The notes under the pieces: generated by a model | What the model saw: the letters and a program-made list of their open reading frames with translations, nothing else | Told to the model about the DNA's origin: nothing | The model's database searches: none | Shown here: piece after piece, positions 19,107-29,305 of the stretch | Layout of the letters: every line of letters begins with the position of its first letter | How positions within the stretch are numbered: position 1 is the stretch's first letter | Made by a program: the position numbers and the translations under genes | IMG/VR virus record: IMGVR_UViG_3300027509_000014 | Strand: one strand, 5' to 3' | From: a virus | Length of the DNA: 41,052 nt

Positions 19107-19129
19107 TTTTCCTAGTTTCTAATATTATT

Positions 19130-20116
19130 TTATCGCCAAGATGGCGCTGGGTTTTCTGGTCTGTAAGGGATTATGCCAAGCGTCTTCCAAGCTGGGGCAT
19201 CTAGTCTAGAACGCCCTTCTTCTCTTCTCTTCTCAAAAGCTTCTTGCCCTTCTTCGCAAAGATCAATGAACTGACACCACTCACATAAGGGTCCAGTCTT
19301 AGCCCTAGCTTCGTCTACGGTTCCCTTTATGGTCTGCTTAATTTTGTTTTCATTTCTAATCAAAAACTTTAAAGTTTCTTCCATGGTTTCATCGCTAAAC
19401 TCTACCTCAACCACACCATCTCTCAAAAAAATAAGTCTTCCATACTTTGCCAATTCTCCTTCTTGATATTTGTAACCAAGACCATACAGGAGAATTTGAT
19501 TTATCTTGTCAGGCAAATAGGAGTCTCCGCCCATCTTGCCAGTTTTGTAGTCACTTATGATTACTGATTCGTCTTCAGTACTTACTCTGTCCACATAGCC
19601 ATAAAGATGAATACCCTCAATATCTACGTCCAGCAAAAGCTCTGACTCTACAACATCTATTTCATCAGGCTTTTCAATTGACCATAGGGTTTTTGTTCTG
19701 TCCCAAGTAAATTTTTTAAGTTCGTCCTCATCTGGAATCAAAATCCCAGCATCTGACATCTCGTCAAACATTTCAGAATAAAATTTCTCCCAACCTTCTG
19801 AAGCCATTTTTTTAGCCGCTTCAGGAGTGCGCTCTTCGGGATCTAATCCATAAAGATTTTCAAACAAATCGTGAATGAAGTTCCCAACGGCTGCCTCATA
19901 TCCAGCAGTAGACGGCATCCCAACCATATATTTAAAGTACCACTGCTTTGGGCATTGTCTAAAAGTAGATATACTCGACGCACTCAATCTTGGTCTGTCA
20001 AAGTCTTTGATTCTGGGTTTAACTTCTATGTACTGAGGTTCTTTTTCCGCTGTTGGCGTGTCAAAAAAATTATTTATATCAGTATTAGTATCAGTATCAG
20101 TATCAGTATTAGTCAT
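19130..20116 (-). CDS. RecB/Cas4-like PD-(D/E)XK exonuclease
   Basis: LSASSISTFRQCP, GNFIH, GYVDRV, ISDYKTGK, QILLY, LCEWCQFIDLC (Fe-S-type Cys set). Start moved to ATG 20116, overlapping the clamp stop. Confidence 0.9.
   Translation of the reverse strand: MTNTDTDTDTNTDINNFFDTPTAEKEPQYIEVKPRIKDFDRPRLSASSISTFRQCPKQWYFKYMVGMPSTAGYEAAVGNFIHDLFENLYGLDPEERTPEAAKKMASEGWEKFYSEMFDEMSDAGILIPDEDELKKFTWDRTKTLWSIEKPDEIDVVESELLLDVDIEGIHLYGYVDRVSTEDESVIISDYKTGKMGGDSYLPDKINQILLYGLGYKYQEGELAKYGRLIFLRDGVVEVEFSDETMEETLKFLIRNENKIKQTIKGTVDEARAKTGPLCEWCQFIDLCEEGQEAFEKRREEGRSRLDAPAWKTLGIIPYRPENPAPSWR
20076..20113. repeat. In-frame 6-bp microsatellite (ACTGAT/ACTAAT) encoding TNTDTDTDTNTD
   Basis: Directly visible at the exonuclease N-terminus. 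Confidence 0.8.
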
Positions 20117-21350
20117 TCCAGAAATCTTCATCGTTGGCGGTACTGTCTTCGAGGAGTTCTTGTTCAGGCTGAATGTCTTTTTCAACCTCGTCTTCGTCGC
20201 CAACATCTGGAGTTTTTCCGATAATAGAATCAGAAACTACCGATGGTGAAAATCCAATAACTTTATTATTCTGGATAACAACGATTTGTCTAATTTCAGG
20301 CTTGTCGTGAGTCGGATGAAAATTGAAAGTTAAATTATCATCCTTGCCTTCTTTGAAGATTGCAAGTAGAGACTTGAGACTAACGGCAAATGGATTTTTA
20401 ATGCCGCACTCCAGCACTTCTACTTTTTCATTATAGTTGTCAATGCGGTCGATGCCAATGCAGACGTTGCCGTTTGGCCATATCAAAACTCTGTCCAGCG
20501 GGTCAAGAGAGCTTGCTGTTATGCTGTCCAGGGCTGAACCAAATTTCTTGTAATCAAAAACCAATTTGCGGGGTTGGGGAGGCTCTATGTAAGGAGCAAC
20601 AAGCGCTTCCATCTGAACTCTAGAGGCTTCAAAGTTACCAGCCATAGTAGGACCCATTAGCGCGGAATTGCCAAACTGAAATTTGAATTTATCGCCATCA
20701 GAAGAAAATGAAATGTCGCCGTCGCCAAAGAATTTTGGAGAAGATATGAACTTAACGACATCAGAATCTAGAGTAGTGCTTGGTATACTAGGGAGAGTTT
20801 TTGGAATCTTTACGAAATTATAATTATCAAAGGCCATAATGCCGGTAGCGTCTATATTGATACCATAATGATCACGGGTTTGATCAACGCAGGCATATTT
20901 TGATGCGTGGAGGAGATCTTGGGCAAAATCAGGCGGCACGACCTGAGTAAAATGATCACTTTCAAGTCGCCACTCTGGCATTGCGTAGTCAGGAATGATC
21001 GCTGGTATTGAGCGATTACCCTTCCTTTTGTCTGATTCTATTTGCAGTAACCCAGAATCATATATAAAGGTAACCCTTGAGTCGATAGGAAGAGTTTCTA
21101 AATGGCCAGAAAGCCTTTCTGAGAACAGCATGCAGTCACCGTGGCTAAATACGTTGGCATCTTTTAGAAGCGTGGAGGCTTGATAATCTCTGGTTGTGCA
21201 ACGTACTATTAGCCCCTGAGGAGTGCTACTAAGATAGATGGATTTGTGATCTGGGTTGCCCGTGTCTGCTAAGCTGCCCGCTGCCTTAGCTACGGCGTTC
21301 GCAAAACTTGCTGCCTTAGATATTGATTCTAAGTCTATTTCAAAATGCAT
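20109..21350 (-). CDS. dnaN: Divergent DNA polymerase III beta sliding clamp-like protein
   Basis: Length, MHFEIDLESISKA start, SIYL...GLIVRCT, GDCML, DYAMP, YACVDQTR..YGI, MAFDNY follow the beta-clamp pattern; near dnaE and dnaB. Start 21350 preferred over 21377. Confidence 0.62.
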   Translation of the reverse strand: MHFEIDLESISKAASFANAVAKAAGSLADTGNPDHKSIYLSSTPQGLIVRCTTRDYQASTLLKDANVFSHGDCMLFSERLSGHLETLPIDSRVTFIYDSGLLQIESDKRKGNRSIPAIIPDYAMPEWRLESDHFTQVVPPDFAQDLLHASKYACVDQTRDHYGINIDATGIMAFDNYNFVKIPKTLPSIPSTTLDSDVVKFISSPKFFGDGDISFSSDGDKFKFQFGNSALMGPTMAGNFEASRVQMEALVAPYIEPPQPRKLVFDYKKFGSALDSITASSLDPLDRVLIWPNGNVCIGIDRIDNYNEKVEVLECGIKNPFAVSLKSLLAIFKEGKDDNLTFNFHPTHDKPEIRQIVVIQNNKVIGFSPSVVSDSIIGKTPDVGDEDEVEKDIQPEQELLEDSTANDEDFWND

Positions 21351-21358
21351 ACACGAGT

Positions 21359-21387
21359 ACATTAGCACATATACCACCCTTTGGCAA
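21359..21387 (-). promoter_or_regulatory. Leftward promoter of the replication operon
   Basis: TTGCCA, 17 bp spacer, TAATGT with an extended TG, 8 nt before ATG 21350. Confidence 0.55.
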
Positions 21388-21538
21388 GAGCAAAAAGGAA
21401 GACCGCCTTAGCATGCTTGGGAATTTAGATATTCAGTCTCAAAAAATAAAATACTCATTGTCGTCAAGACTCAAGGTTTCCATCATTTAAAGAGGTTTCA
21501 ATTCTGATAAAGTTATAGAACGCTATCCCGATTCGGGC

Positions 21539-21567
21539 TTGCCTTCTGTGCGAAAATATGCTATTGT
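21539..21567 (+). promoter_or_regulatory. Rightward promoter for the RNR gene
   Basis: TTGCCT, 17 bp spacer, TATTGT with an extended TG. Confidence 0.55.
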
Positions 21568-21612
21568 CGCCGCACTCGCGCACGAACTAAATTTTAAACA
21601 AAGGTATAATCA

Positions 21613-23697
21613 GTGAACCCTACTCTTAACTATTCTTCATTTTCAGAATCTAATATTAACACACCTGTCCAAACAGCCGAAGACATAGTCAGGCTTTACG
21701 GTGAACCTCAGTGGGGTCCAAATGGAAAAACGGTTTATGAGAGAACGTACAGCAGGATTAAGGAAGATGGCGAGAATGAAATTTGGGCCGACACGGTTCT
21801 TAGAGTAGTGGATGGCAATCTTGCTTATATCGACGGAGGAGTAAGTGGTGAAAGAGAATATTTAATAGAAAATATTTATAAATTTAACATCATCCCAGCG
21901 GGGCGACATCTCTGGAGTACTGGCGCTGCTGGAGTAAACGCTACGGCCAACTGCTTTGTCGCTCCGTGGACCGACAAACTTTCATACCATTTCTGCTGGG
22001 TCTTTGATCACTTGATGACTGGGTCTGGCGTTGGTGCAAACTATACCATGAGTATAATGAATGAATTCAACCCAGTCCAGCCTTTGGGTCGTATTGAGAT
22101 TGACATAATGTGCAAAACGACTCACCAAGATTATAAAGAGATTAATCCTGATCTAGACGAGAACTCCGATCCAGTTATAGGTAATCGATACGTCAAGGTT
22201 AAGGACTCCCGAGAAGGATGGGTCTGGGCGCTCAAAGAAGTTATAGACATGGCCGTTAAACCAAGCTCTCATGATCCCAAAATCATTATTGACGTTAGCG
22301 AAGTTCGCCCACGCAACTCGCCAATCAGGGGTTTTGGCGGAACCGCTAGTGGCCCTGGCCCGCTGGCTGACCTTTTGCGCTCTGCTGTTAATGTTTTAAA
22401 CCGTTCAGCAATCAGAGGACACTTAACCCCCATAGAAGCAATGGAGCTTGACCACGAGATAGCGCGCTGTGTTGTGGCTGGGAACGTGCGCCGCAGCGCC
22501 AGAATGTCAGTGCTCAATTGGAATGATCCATATATTGATGAATTTTTAAAGTGTAAGTCCGAAGAAGATCCAACAAAGCAAAAGCACTGGACCACTAATA
22601 TATCTGTTGGCGTGGATGATGATTTTATCAAAGATATGCATAATGATAGAACCATTGCTGGCAAAATACACCAGCAGGTTGTCGAAGGCATGATACACAA
22701 TGGAGAACCTGGCTATCTAAATCTTTCTCTAGCGAATGCTGAAATTGATAGCGATGGAGTCAGGGTGTGGGCAACCAATCCTTGCGGAGAACAATTTCTT
22801 GAGCAGGGGGCTGCTTGTAGTCTCGCTCACGTTAACTTGGCCAATATCGCGAACCTAGATCATGACGATAAAATGACTGCGTTTGCGGCTATGGCAAGGT
22901 TTGCTATTCGCTCACTAAATAGAGATTTTTTAGACGAAGTGGAGCAGTTCGCCACTGAAGAATACAGAAGAATAGGGGTCGGCTTCTTTGGATTACAGGA
23001 ATTCGCAGCCACTCTTGGGGTCAAGTATTCCGAGATCGCAGACAGCTCCACTCTAGCGAATTTTTTCCAAGAAGCTTACAGAGCGGTGCGCAATGAGGCT
23101 GACCGATATTGTGACAGCTTGGGTTGGAATAGACCAAAGCAAGTCACTACCGTAGCCCCAACTGGATCGATAGCCACCTTGGCTGGCAAGAGTACCGGAT
23201 GCGAACCCATTATCTACAGATACTTCAACCGTCTGGTTAGATTTGGCACTGATGACACCAGGCTCCAAAATCATATTGACAGTGGTCTATACGTTGAGCC
23301 ATGTGTCGCCTCTCCTAACTCAACTCAAATAGTTTATTTCCCAACTCGTGATCCAATACTAGACCTAGTGCCAGAAGATCTAGTTGAAGAAAGTGTTGAC
23401 ATAAATTTAGAAGACCATATGAAGGTTCAAGAATTTATTCAAACCAACTATGTTGACAACTCTATAAGCAAGACTATTCAGGCTGACGAAAACATTAACC
23501 GGAAAGAGCTTTCTGATCTTCTTATTGATTACCTTCCAAAGCTAAAAGGTGTAACCGTTTTCACCAACAATGAAAACTTTGTTCAGGCCCCATTTCAAAG
23601 AATCACTAAAGAAGAATACTTTGCCGCCAGTTTAGAAAATCAAACCATTGGCGATATTGAAGCTGAATGCACTAACGGATCTTGTCCCATCAAGTAG
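21613..23697 (+). CDS. nrdJ: Class II (adenosylcobalamin-dependent) ribonucleotide reductase
   Basis: VYERTYSR, PAGRHLW, ANCF, VVAGNVRRSA, TNPCGE, TTVAPTGSI, C-terminal ECTNGSCPIK; no small-subunit gene adjacent. Confidence 0.92.
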   Translation: MNPTLNYSSFSESNINTPVQTAEDIVRLYGEPQWGPNGKTVYERTYSRIKEDGENEIWADTVLRVVDGNLAYIDGGVSGEREYLIENIYKFNIIPAGRHLWSTGAAGVNATANCFVAPWTDKLSYHFCWVFDHLMTGSGVGANYTMSIMNEFNPVQPLGRIEIDIMCKTTHQDYKEINPDLDENSDPVIGNRYVKVKDSREGWVWALKEVIDMAVKPSSHDPKIIIDVSEVRPRNSPIRGFGGTASGPGPLADLLRSAVNVLNRSAIRGHLTPIEAMELDHEIARCVVAGNVRRSARMSVLNWNDPYIDEFLKCKSEEDPTKQKHWTTNISVGVDDDFIKDMHNDRTIAGKIHQQVVEGMIHNGEPGYLNLSLANAEIDSDGVRVWATNPCGEQFLEQGAACSLAHVNLANIANLDHDDKMTAFAAMARFAIRSLNRDFLDEVEQFATEEYRRIGVGFFGLQEFAATLGVKYSEIADSSTLANFFQEAYRAVRNEADRYCDSLGWNRPKQVTTVAPTGSIATLAGKSTGCEPIIYRYFNRLVRFGTDDTRLQNHIDSGLYVEPCVASPNSTQIVYFPTRDPILDLVPEDLVEESVDINLEDHMKVQEFIQTNYVDNSISKTIQADENINRKELSDLLIDYLPKLKGVTVFTNNENFVQAPFQRITKEEYFAASLENQTIGDIEAECTNGSCPIK

Positions 23698-23702
23698 TCT
23701 AT

Positions 23703-23732
23703 TTGCCTCCAGACTATAAACTATGATATGAT
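23703..23732 (+). promoter_or_regulatory. SigA-type promoter
   Basis: TTGCCT, 18 bp spacer, TATGAT with an extended TG. Confidence 0.6.
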
Positions 23733-23767
23733 AAATTAATATCAAAATATAGATTGGATTTAAATTC

Positions 23768-24031
23768 ATGGATAATGAAACTAAGATTGTCGATTTGATC
23801 GTTACCGGCGGTGGGGAAGGAAACATCAGAAGTGTGTTTCCGGTTTCTAGCGTGACAATGGTAGACGACAATGGCGAAGAAGCCGTACTTTTTGAGGCTG
23901 CCGAGACGCCCTCAGATTTTTCGGTGCTATTGCCAATTAAGCGCAAGCATATTGTTAGCCTATTCTCTTACAACATTACTGATTCTGCCGCCCCAGCGCC
24001 CAGAATCGGCGAGACTGTAGAGGCTGAGTAA
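23768..24031 (+). CDS. Hypothetical protein
   Basis: Follows a promoter; TAATG coupling to the next ORF. Confidence 0.65.
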   Translation: MDNETKIVDLIVTGGGEGNIRSVFPVSSVTMVDDNGEEAVLFEAAETPSDFSVLLPIKRKHIVSLFSYNITDSAAPAPRIGETVEAE

Positions 24032-24792
24032 TGGTAGCTGTAGCTCAAAGAGGTCTTCTTAATGGCGTTTTGACGGTCAGCGTCACATTAGACGAAGGTC
24101 AGTACCGCTGGACTAATGAGGGTCATGGTCCACAAATCAAGTCTTTCGGCGGATCTAGCGAAGGTCATTATAAAAAGTCTGATGAATGGCTCGCCAAGCT
24201 AGAAGAGAACGCTGGTCTTGAACCTGGCGGTCTGACCATAGAAGAGGTTGAGTTTGCTCAGACTCTTGGATACGCAAATTACACAGATGAAGAACTAGAT
24301 GCCGAGCTTGACAAGCTGGCTGAGGAAAGACAAAATGAATCGACAAAAAGCCAAAGTGGAAGCGATTCGGATGAATCACGAAGTGAAGAAAATAAGACAC
24401 CTATTGAAGAAGTCACAGAGTCGGGAGAACCTCAAGACGGAGGAGAACTCGAAGAAGGATCTTCTCGAAACTCTGTAGGCGGTGGATTTCGCTTAAGCAG
24501 TGGCCCTGATTTTATAGATAATACTATTTCTATCACTGCCTTAAACGATACTCCAGAAAGCTCAATTCTTCAATTAATAATCAATGGCAAGGTAGTGGAA
24601 GATTCTTGTGAGATAGATCCTGGAGCTGAGCGAACTATTTTGAATGAAATCAAAACTGGCGATACATACGTTTTGACTTATAAGCTAACCAGAGATGACG
24701 AAGAGACCCAGCCAAGCATCCTGCTAGAAGGCGCTGTCACTGAATTTTGCATGATTGTTACTGAATCAGACGGCACTGACGAAGAAGAATAA
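24031..24792 (+). CDS. Acidic hypothetical protein, two domains with a disordered linker
   Basis: 253-aa ORF followed by a terminator. Confidence 0.75.
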   Translation: MVAVAQRGLLNGVLTVSVTLDEGQYRWTNEGHGPQIKSFGGSSEGHYKKSDEWLAKLEENAGLEPGGLTIEEVEFAQTLGYANYTDEELDAELDKLAEERQNESTKSQSGSDSDESRSEENKTPIEEVTESGEPQDGGELEEGSSRNSVGGGFRLSSGPDFIDNTISITALNDTPESSILQLIINGKVVEDSCEIDPGAERTILNEIKTGDTYVLTYKLTRDDEETQPSILLEGAVTEFCMIVTESDGTDEEE

Positions 24793-24825
24793 TCAATTTT
24801 AGCTAAATAAACATTCACGAAAACC

Positions 24826-24874
24826 AAACTCGGGGCCGCTACAATTGAGTAGCTGTCCCGAGTTTGTTATTTTT
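24826..24874 (+). terminator. Intrinsic terminator
   Basis: AAACTCGGGGCCGCTAC-aattga-GTAGCTGTCCCGAGTTT (17-bp stem, one G.U and one mismatch), then GTTATTTTT. Confidence 0.75.
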
Positions 24875-24885
24875 GAGGTACCCAA

Positions 24886-25923
24886 ATGGCTTCTAGTTCC
24901 AAAGCGCCACAAGATAAAGCGAGCGCGGTTGGCTCCTTTCCCAATGGTGTTATTGCGAAGTCCTTGCCCGAACAGTATGTCTATAATGAAATTATAGGCG
25001 CTAATCGCTATGAAACCCTTATGCTTGAAAGATGCTTCAAAAACAAAGATGGCGAATGTGAAATAATCAGGCTAATTGGCCTCTGGGACAAATGCGAAAA
25101 TCAATGGGTTCAGGGTTATCCTTGCGCTGTTGATATAAGAGGCCAAGAGTGGTGTGGGGATTTGAGTGAGCTAAAGCCAGTGTTTGGCAACAAGCCAAAT
25201 TGTCGTGGTCCAATTCCTGGACCTCCTGGAATACAGGGGCTTCAAGGAGCTATTGGACCGATTGGTCTTCAGGGAGATATTGGAATTGCTGGGCCTCCTG
25301 GCCCCGAAGGTCCAGAGTCTTCTTGCACCAGCGCTGAGTCAGAATCAGATTGCCCATACTTCGCTTTCGATCAAACCGAATCTTGCTCTCCGGGATTCCT
25401 TATAGCGAGATTCTTTAGACACGACGAGATCGGTATGCCTTCACCAAATCTAAAGTCTGTATCCGGTGCCAATTTTGACCCGTCAGCCGTGCCTGCTTCT
25501 CTAACCAGCGTTGAAGAGAACTTAGTTGATTATACAAATAATACGGAATGCTGCCAAGAAATACAATGCGCTGTACAGTCCGGAAACGAAGTACTGCTGT
25601 CCACAGACAGGGGTTCGGAACTGACCATGGCTGTTTGGATAGAAAATCAATCAGGTCAATACATCCCGCAGTCATTTCATAAATTCACTCACGAGCCACA
25701 GTTCGGAGGATCTAGCTCTATATCGAGCAAAACCTACCCGCTAGTCTCAACTCCATGGACCGTTAAACTTAATCCTGGTGAAAATGTAAAGTATACTTTG
25801 AAGTTTGGACTTCTTGACTACTTCAAACTCAATGAACTTGCCTCTAGTGACGCTTTGTTTACCGGAAAAGTTGACAAACCGTGCATAGAATGCAGGGTAA
25901 CCACAGTGGGTGATGCTCAATGA
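24886..25923 (+). CDS. Collagen-like virion/fibre protein
   Basis: About 12 GXY triplets flanked by Cys-rich domains; GAGGT SD. Confidence 0.75.
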   Translation: MASSSKAPQDKASAVGSFPNGVIAKSLPEQYVYNEIIGANRYETLMLERCFKNKDGECEIIRLIGLWDKCENQWVQGYPCAVDIRGQEWCGDLSELKPVFGNKPNCRGPIPGPPGIQGLQGAIGPIGLQGDIGIAGPPGPEGPESSCTSAESESDCPYFAFDQTESCSPGFLIARFFRHDEIGMPSPNLKSVSGANFDPSAVPASLTSVEENLVDYTNNTECCQEIQCAVQSGNEVLLSTDRGSELTMAVWIENQSGQYIPQSFHKFTHEPQFGGSSSISSKTYPLVSTPWTVKLNPGENVKYTLKFGLLDYFKLNELASSDALFTGKVDKPCIECRVTTVGDAQ

Positions 25924-27800
25924 GTAAACTGATTTCTAAGACAAGTAAAATAATTGACCGAACTACAGCGGAAATAAATTCAGATCTTTTAAGCGAAATG
26001 CCCTTATCTGACACATGCGTTCAGTGGGATGTGTGCGATAAAATAACAGGAGAAGCCGTAACTGTAATATATAATGTTTTGAGCAGGGGGTCCTACATTC
26101 TTGGTGCTGATGGGCAGCCCTACTGCAAAAATCCAGAAAACTTAACTACAGATATTGTTGATCCAGATCCAGATAATTCATGCATACCAACTTATGAAGA
26201 AGTCTACCAAGAGCTGTATCCAGATTTTTTTATACCAATATTGGGACCACAGGGTATTCAGGGGCCTATTGGGCCTCAGGGAGAAACTGGCGAGATTGGC
26301 CCTGTTGGACCAGACGGCCCCAAGGGCTGCGACGGACCAAGGGGGCCACGAGGAATTGCTGGCTTAGACGGCGTTCCGGGCGTCGATGGCGAACCAGGTC
26401 TTGACGCATCTTGTATATCCACTACTGGAACAAATACGGGCGGCGGCACCACAGGCGGCGGCACGGACGGCGGCGGCACCACGGGCGGCGGCACCAACGT
26501 TTCAGAATCCTGTGTAGAGATATTCTGCCTAGAAGCCAACCCAATAACCTATCCTGTGATTTATCAAGGACTTCAATTTGCCAATGCTGCTGCGCTGGCC
26601 GATAAGCTGGCCTTTGATTATGGTTGCGGTGTCAGCGTTAGCGGCTCGTTGGCCTGTTTCCAAGGTAGCTGTGGTCCAGGATCTTCTATTCTAATAGAAT
26701 GTATTGAGGGGTCAAATGGTACACCTGCCGGTAGCGGTACTGGTGGTGGCGGATCGGACGGCGGGACCAGCTCGGGTGATCCTTCGGGAGGAGACGGCTC
26801 CGACACCGGCGGCAATGGCGGCGGTCCAGATTCGATAATTGCTAATTTCTTGTGCAACGATGTCGCCCCGCCAGCAACGACAGATATGCCAGCCTCTGGA
26901 TGTATTTATTGGAACGGTTCACCTTATACAAATAGAGCTAATCTTCTAGCTGACATAGCTAGTTTTTATGGATATGGATCTGCTAGTGCCGACTATTCCT
27001 CTAGTCCAACTAAAATAACTTTCACCAATTATATTGGCACCGGTACAGAGCCAACAGTTCCGGTTACTGTGTGGGCTGCGTGTAACAACGTTGCTTGCGG
27101 AGGTTCGAATACTGGCGGTAACAGTAATACTCCAGCGTCAATACTTTGCAGCGGTACTGGAGCGCCGGTTGACAATTCTTCGAGTTGGACTTTCGGAGGC
27201 ATTACTTATTCTATATTTACCATTGCTCAATTCGAACTAGCTCTAGAAAATTCATACGATGCTGGCAACCCACTAGCTGCCTGTTCTGTTAGCGTAAATA
27301 CGACTAATATGACTGCGACCTTTAGCGGTGATTGTGATTTCCCTTCTAACGTTTATGTAAATTGCGCATCTGCTCCGACTGCTAATTGTGTTGTAACTCC
27401 TGGTGGCAGAAATTGTTCGAACAATTCCACTACTTCATTTAACTATACGATAACTGGATGTGCGCCAAATTCCACAGTATCCTTTACTCATTCAGTATTG
27501 GTGCAGACCCTACAGAGCGACCCAACACCTGTTTTTTCTGCTGGTGGCGCAATGTCTTCTATAGCTTCTTCGTTTACTCAATCTGTAAACTTTACAACTG
27601 GTATATTCAACGGAATTGGAACGCAAAACATAAGAAACGCTACAATGGTATTTGACCTAGTCGCAACTACAGATAGCAACGGCAACGCAAGTGCGTACAT
27701 ATTCTCGCCAAATGCTGCTGGCCAATACAAATGCATGCAGTCAGCTGGAGGCGTTTCATCAATAATTAGTGGTGGGTCGTCAGGCGGCGGACCAATTTAA
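25920..27800 (+). CDS. Collagen-like fibre protein with Gly/Thr linkers and repeated Cys-containing domains
   Basis: About 17 GXY triplets, GGGT repeats, three similar modules (IYQG...AALADKLA / YWNG...NLLADIA / TFGG...QFELALE). Confidence 0.78.
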   Translation: MSKLISKTSKIIDRTTAEINSDLLSEMPLSDTCVQWDVCDKITGEAVTVIYNVLSRGSYILGADGQPYCKNPENLTTDIVDPDPDNSCIPTYEEVYQELYPDFFIPILGPQGIQGPIGPQGETGEIGPVGPDGPKGCDGPRGPRGIAGLDGVPGVDGEPGLDASCISTTGTNTGGGTTGGGTDGGGTTGGGTNVSESCVEIFCLEANPITYPVIYQGLQFANAAALADKLAFDYGCGVSVSGSLACFQGSCGPGSSILIECIEGSNGTPAGSGTGGGGSDGGTSSGDPSGGDGSDTGGNGGGPDSIIANFLCNDVAPPATTDMPASGCIYWNGSPYTNRANLLADIASFYGYGSASADYSSSPTKITFTNYIGTGTEPTVPVTVWAACNNVACGGSNTGGNSNTPASILCSGTGAPVDNSSSWTFGGITYSIFTIAQFELALENSYDAGNPLAACSVSVNTTNMTATFSGDCDFPSNVYVNCASAPTANCVVTPGGRNCSNNSTTSFNYTITGCAPNSTVSFTHSVLVQTLQSDPTPVFSAGGAMSSIASSFTQSVNFTTGIFNGIGTQNIRNATMVFDLVATTDSNGNASAYIFSPNAAGQYKCMQSAGGVSSIISGGSSGGGPI

Positions 27801-28669
27801 TGACTAATAAAGATTTAGTGGCGGTCAACGCAATCAGTATAACCCATTCAGAAAAGCTGTTAAACTCGCCTACGGTAAATTGGCTAGCATTTGACGAAGT
27901 TACTGGTGAGGAGATAACAGTTATCTACAACGTCATTTCTAAATGCGTTGTGTCTGCTATTGATTCAAAAGGATCAATATATGATTGCAACAGAGACAGA
28001 CTCACCTCTTTAAACCCATTCGAGTTCACCCCCGATAATGATTGTGCTTCTGACTGGGAAAAGGATTATCTTTCAAACTATACAGACTTTCATTTTCAGG
28101 TAGTGGGGCCAACTGGCCCCGCAGGAATAGTGGGTGATCAAGGCCCGACAGGTCAAATTGGACCTATTGGATTAACGGGTGCAAGGGGGATTGTTGGAGA
28201 CGTAGGGCCAGTCGGGCCTGATGGCAATGATGGAAGCAACGGAGCTAAAGGGCAAAGCGGAGCTGATGGTGAGTGTCTGTGTAATGATTTTGACATAAAT
28301 ACGGGCGGCGGAACGACAACTGGATCTAACCCCAATATTAATTACTGCCCAGCTACAATAGTCCCTGCCGGATTCTCAACTGGCGGAACCTATCCAGCGG
28401 GCACACTTGCCCTAGAGCCTGGCGGCTCCGGCACGTTGCGTGTGGAATGGAGCGGATGCAAGCGGGGGGCGGCTATAACTGTGCGCTGGGGCAGAGTAAA
28501 CGGCGTCCCAGGATGCTCTGCCCAAGCTAGCTTCTTTAGCGGTTCTCCTGGAAACTATTACGGAAACGTAAACCAATCCAGTGGGGCTAGAATAATAAAT
28601 GTTTCCAATAACTCAAATTCTACATGCGCTATAACAAATCCAGTAGTAGAAGTTTTTTGGTTTAACTAA
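27800..28669 (+). CDS. Collagen-like fibre protein, paralogue of the preceding gene
   Basis: Shared N-domain (W...D..TGE..TVIYNV.S) and about 19 GXY triplets. Confidence 0.78.
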   Translation: MTNKDLVAVNAISITHSEKLLNSPTVNWLAFDEVTGEEITVIYNVISKCVVSAIDSKGSIYDCNRDRLTSLNPFEFTPDNDCASDWEKDYLSNYTDFHFQVVGPTGPAGIVGDQGPTGQIGPIGLTGARGIVGDVGPVGPDGNDGSNGAKGQSGADGECLCNDFDINTGGGTTTGSNPNINYCPATIVPAGFSTGGTYPAGTLALEPGGSGTLRVEWSGCKRGAAITVRWGRVNGVPGCSAQASFFSGSPGNYYGNVNQSSGARIINVSNNSNSTCAITNPVVEVFWFN

Positions 28670-29220
28670 TTTAGAATATCTTCAGGTATTAAGTCTTCAA
28701 ACTCAACCTGCAGATAATTTTGTAAATACAAATCACAAGATTTTTTGTTGGCCCGTGGCTTAGGCACTATGTTTGGATAATGCTCCAGCAAGTGGGGCAT
28801 CAAAACATCTTTTTTGGACGGGGTGCAAGTCACCACTCTGTGGTTTGATTTATCCCAACTAGAAACATCTAATATGCCAACTCCGGTATTTCCATTTGGC
28901 TCTATTTCAAGTTTCATCCACCAATTTTTAATAGCTCTTGAATTGAAATATATTCTATATTTATAAACACTGTGATCCACCAACTTGACGTGTAAATTAA
29001 ATTGATATAAAGCTATTGTAGTAACTTGATTTACAACATCTGGATTTTTTTTAGGTATAGAAAAATATATACCTCTTGGATTGCAGCCACCTCTGGCCAG
29101 CCACATTCCGTACAGCCATTCCAGTTCTCTATTTATATACCTTGGCGCTTTAACATCTTTTCTGGTTCCGGACACGTCGATTGAAGGCAGCGAGCGGGGC
29201 ATATGGTCGTTGGGGGACAC
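28666..29220 (-). CDS. Degenerate LAGLIDADG-like (intein-endonuclease-type) protein, antisense to its neighbours
   Basis: PRYINRELEWLYGMWLARGG..IYFS...YRIYFNSRAIKNW resembles the first DOD motif; the usual acidic residue is Arg. Confidence 0.5.
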   Translation of the reverse strand: MSPNDHMPRSLPSIDVSGTRKDVKAPRYINRELEWLYGMWLARGGCNPRGIYFSIPKKNPDVVNQVTTIALYQFNLHVKLVDHSVYKYRIYFNSRAIKNWWMKLEIEPNGNTGVGILDVSSWDKSNHRVVTCTPSKKDVLMPHLLEHYPNIVPKPRANKKSCDLYLQNYLQVEFEDLIPEDILN

Positions 29221-29266
29221 GGTACCCTATGATACTCTACCTTTCAAACACCTTAGTGATTGTAAG

Positions 29267-29278
29267 GTATAATTATAC
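29267..29278. promoter_or_regulatory. Palindrome GTATAATTATAC giving back-to-back TATAAT boxes
   Basis: TATAAT at 29268-29273 (+) and 29277-29272 (-), between divergent genes. Confidence 0.55.
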
Positions 29279-29305
29279 TTAACGTTCTCATTTAAAGGTT
29301 TTACT

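Noticed and set aside
19130-20116. Cas4 as part of a CRISPR-Cas system
   Set aside because: A stand-alone PD-(D/E)XK exonuclease in a replication operon, common in phages; no other cas genes.
21388-21612. Cobalamin riboswitch, NrdR box or ncRNA upstream of nrdJ
   Set aside because: No recognisable B12-box or NrdR palindrome by eye; the region is explained by divergent promoters. An Rfam/Infernal scan would be decisive.
21613-23697. Intein or intron in nrdJ or dnaB
   Set aside because: Conserved motifs are contiguous and lengths are normal; no Hint motifs.
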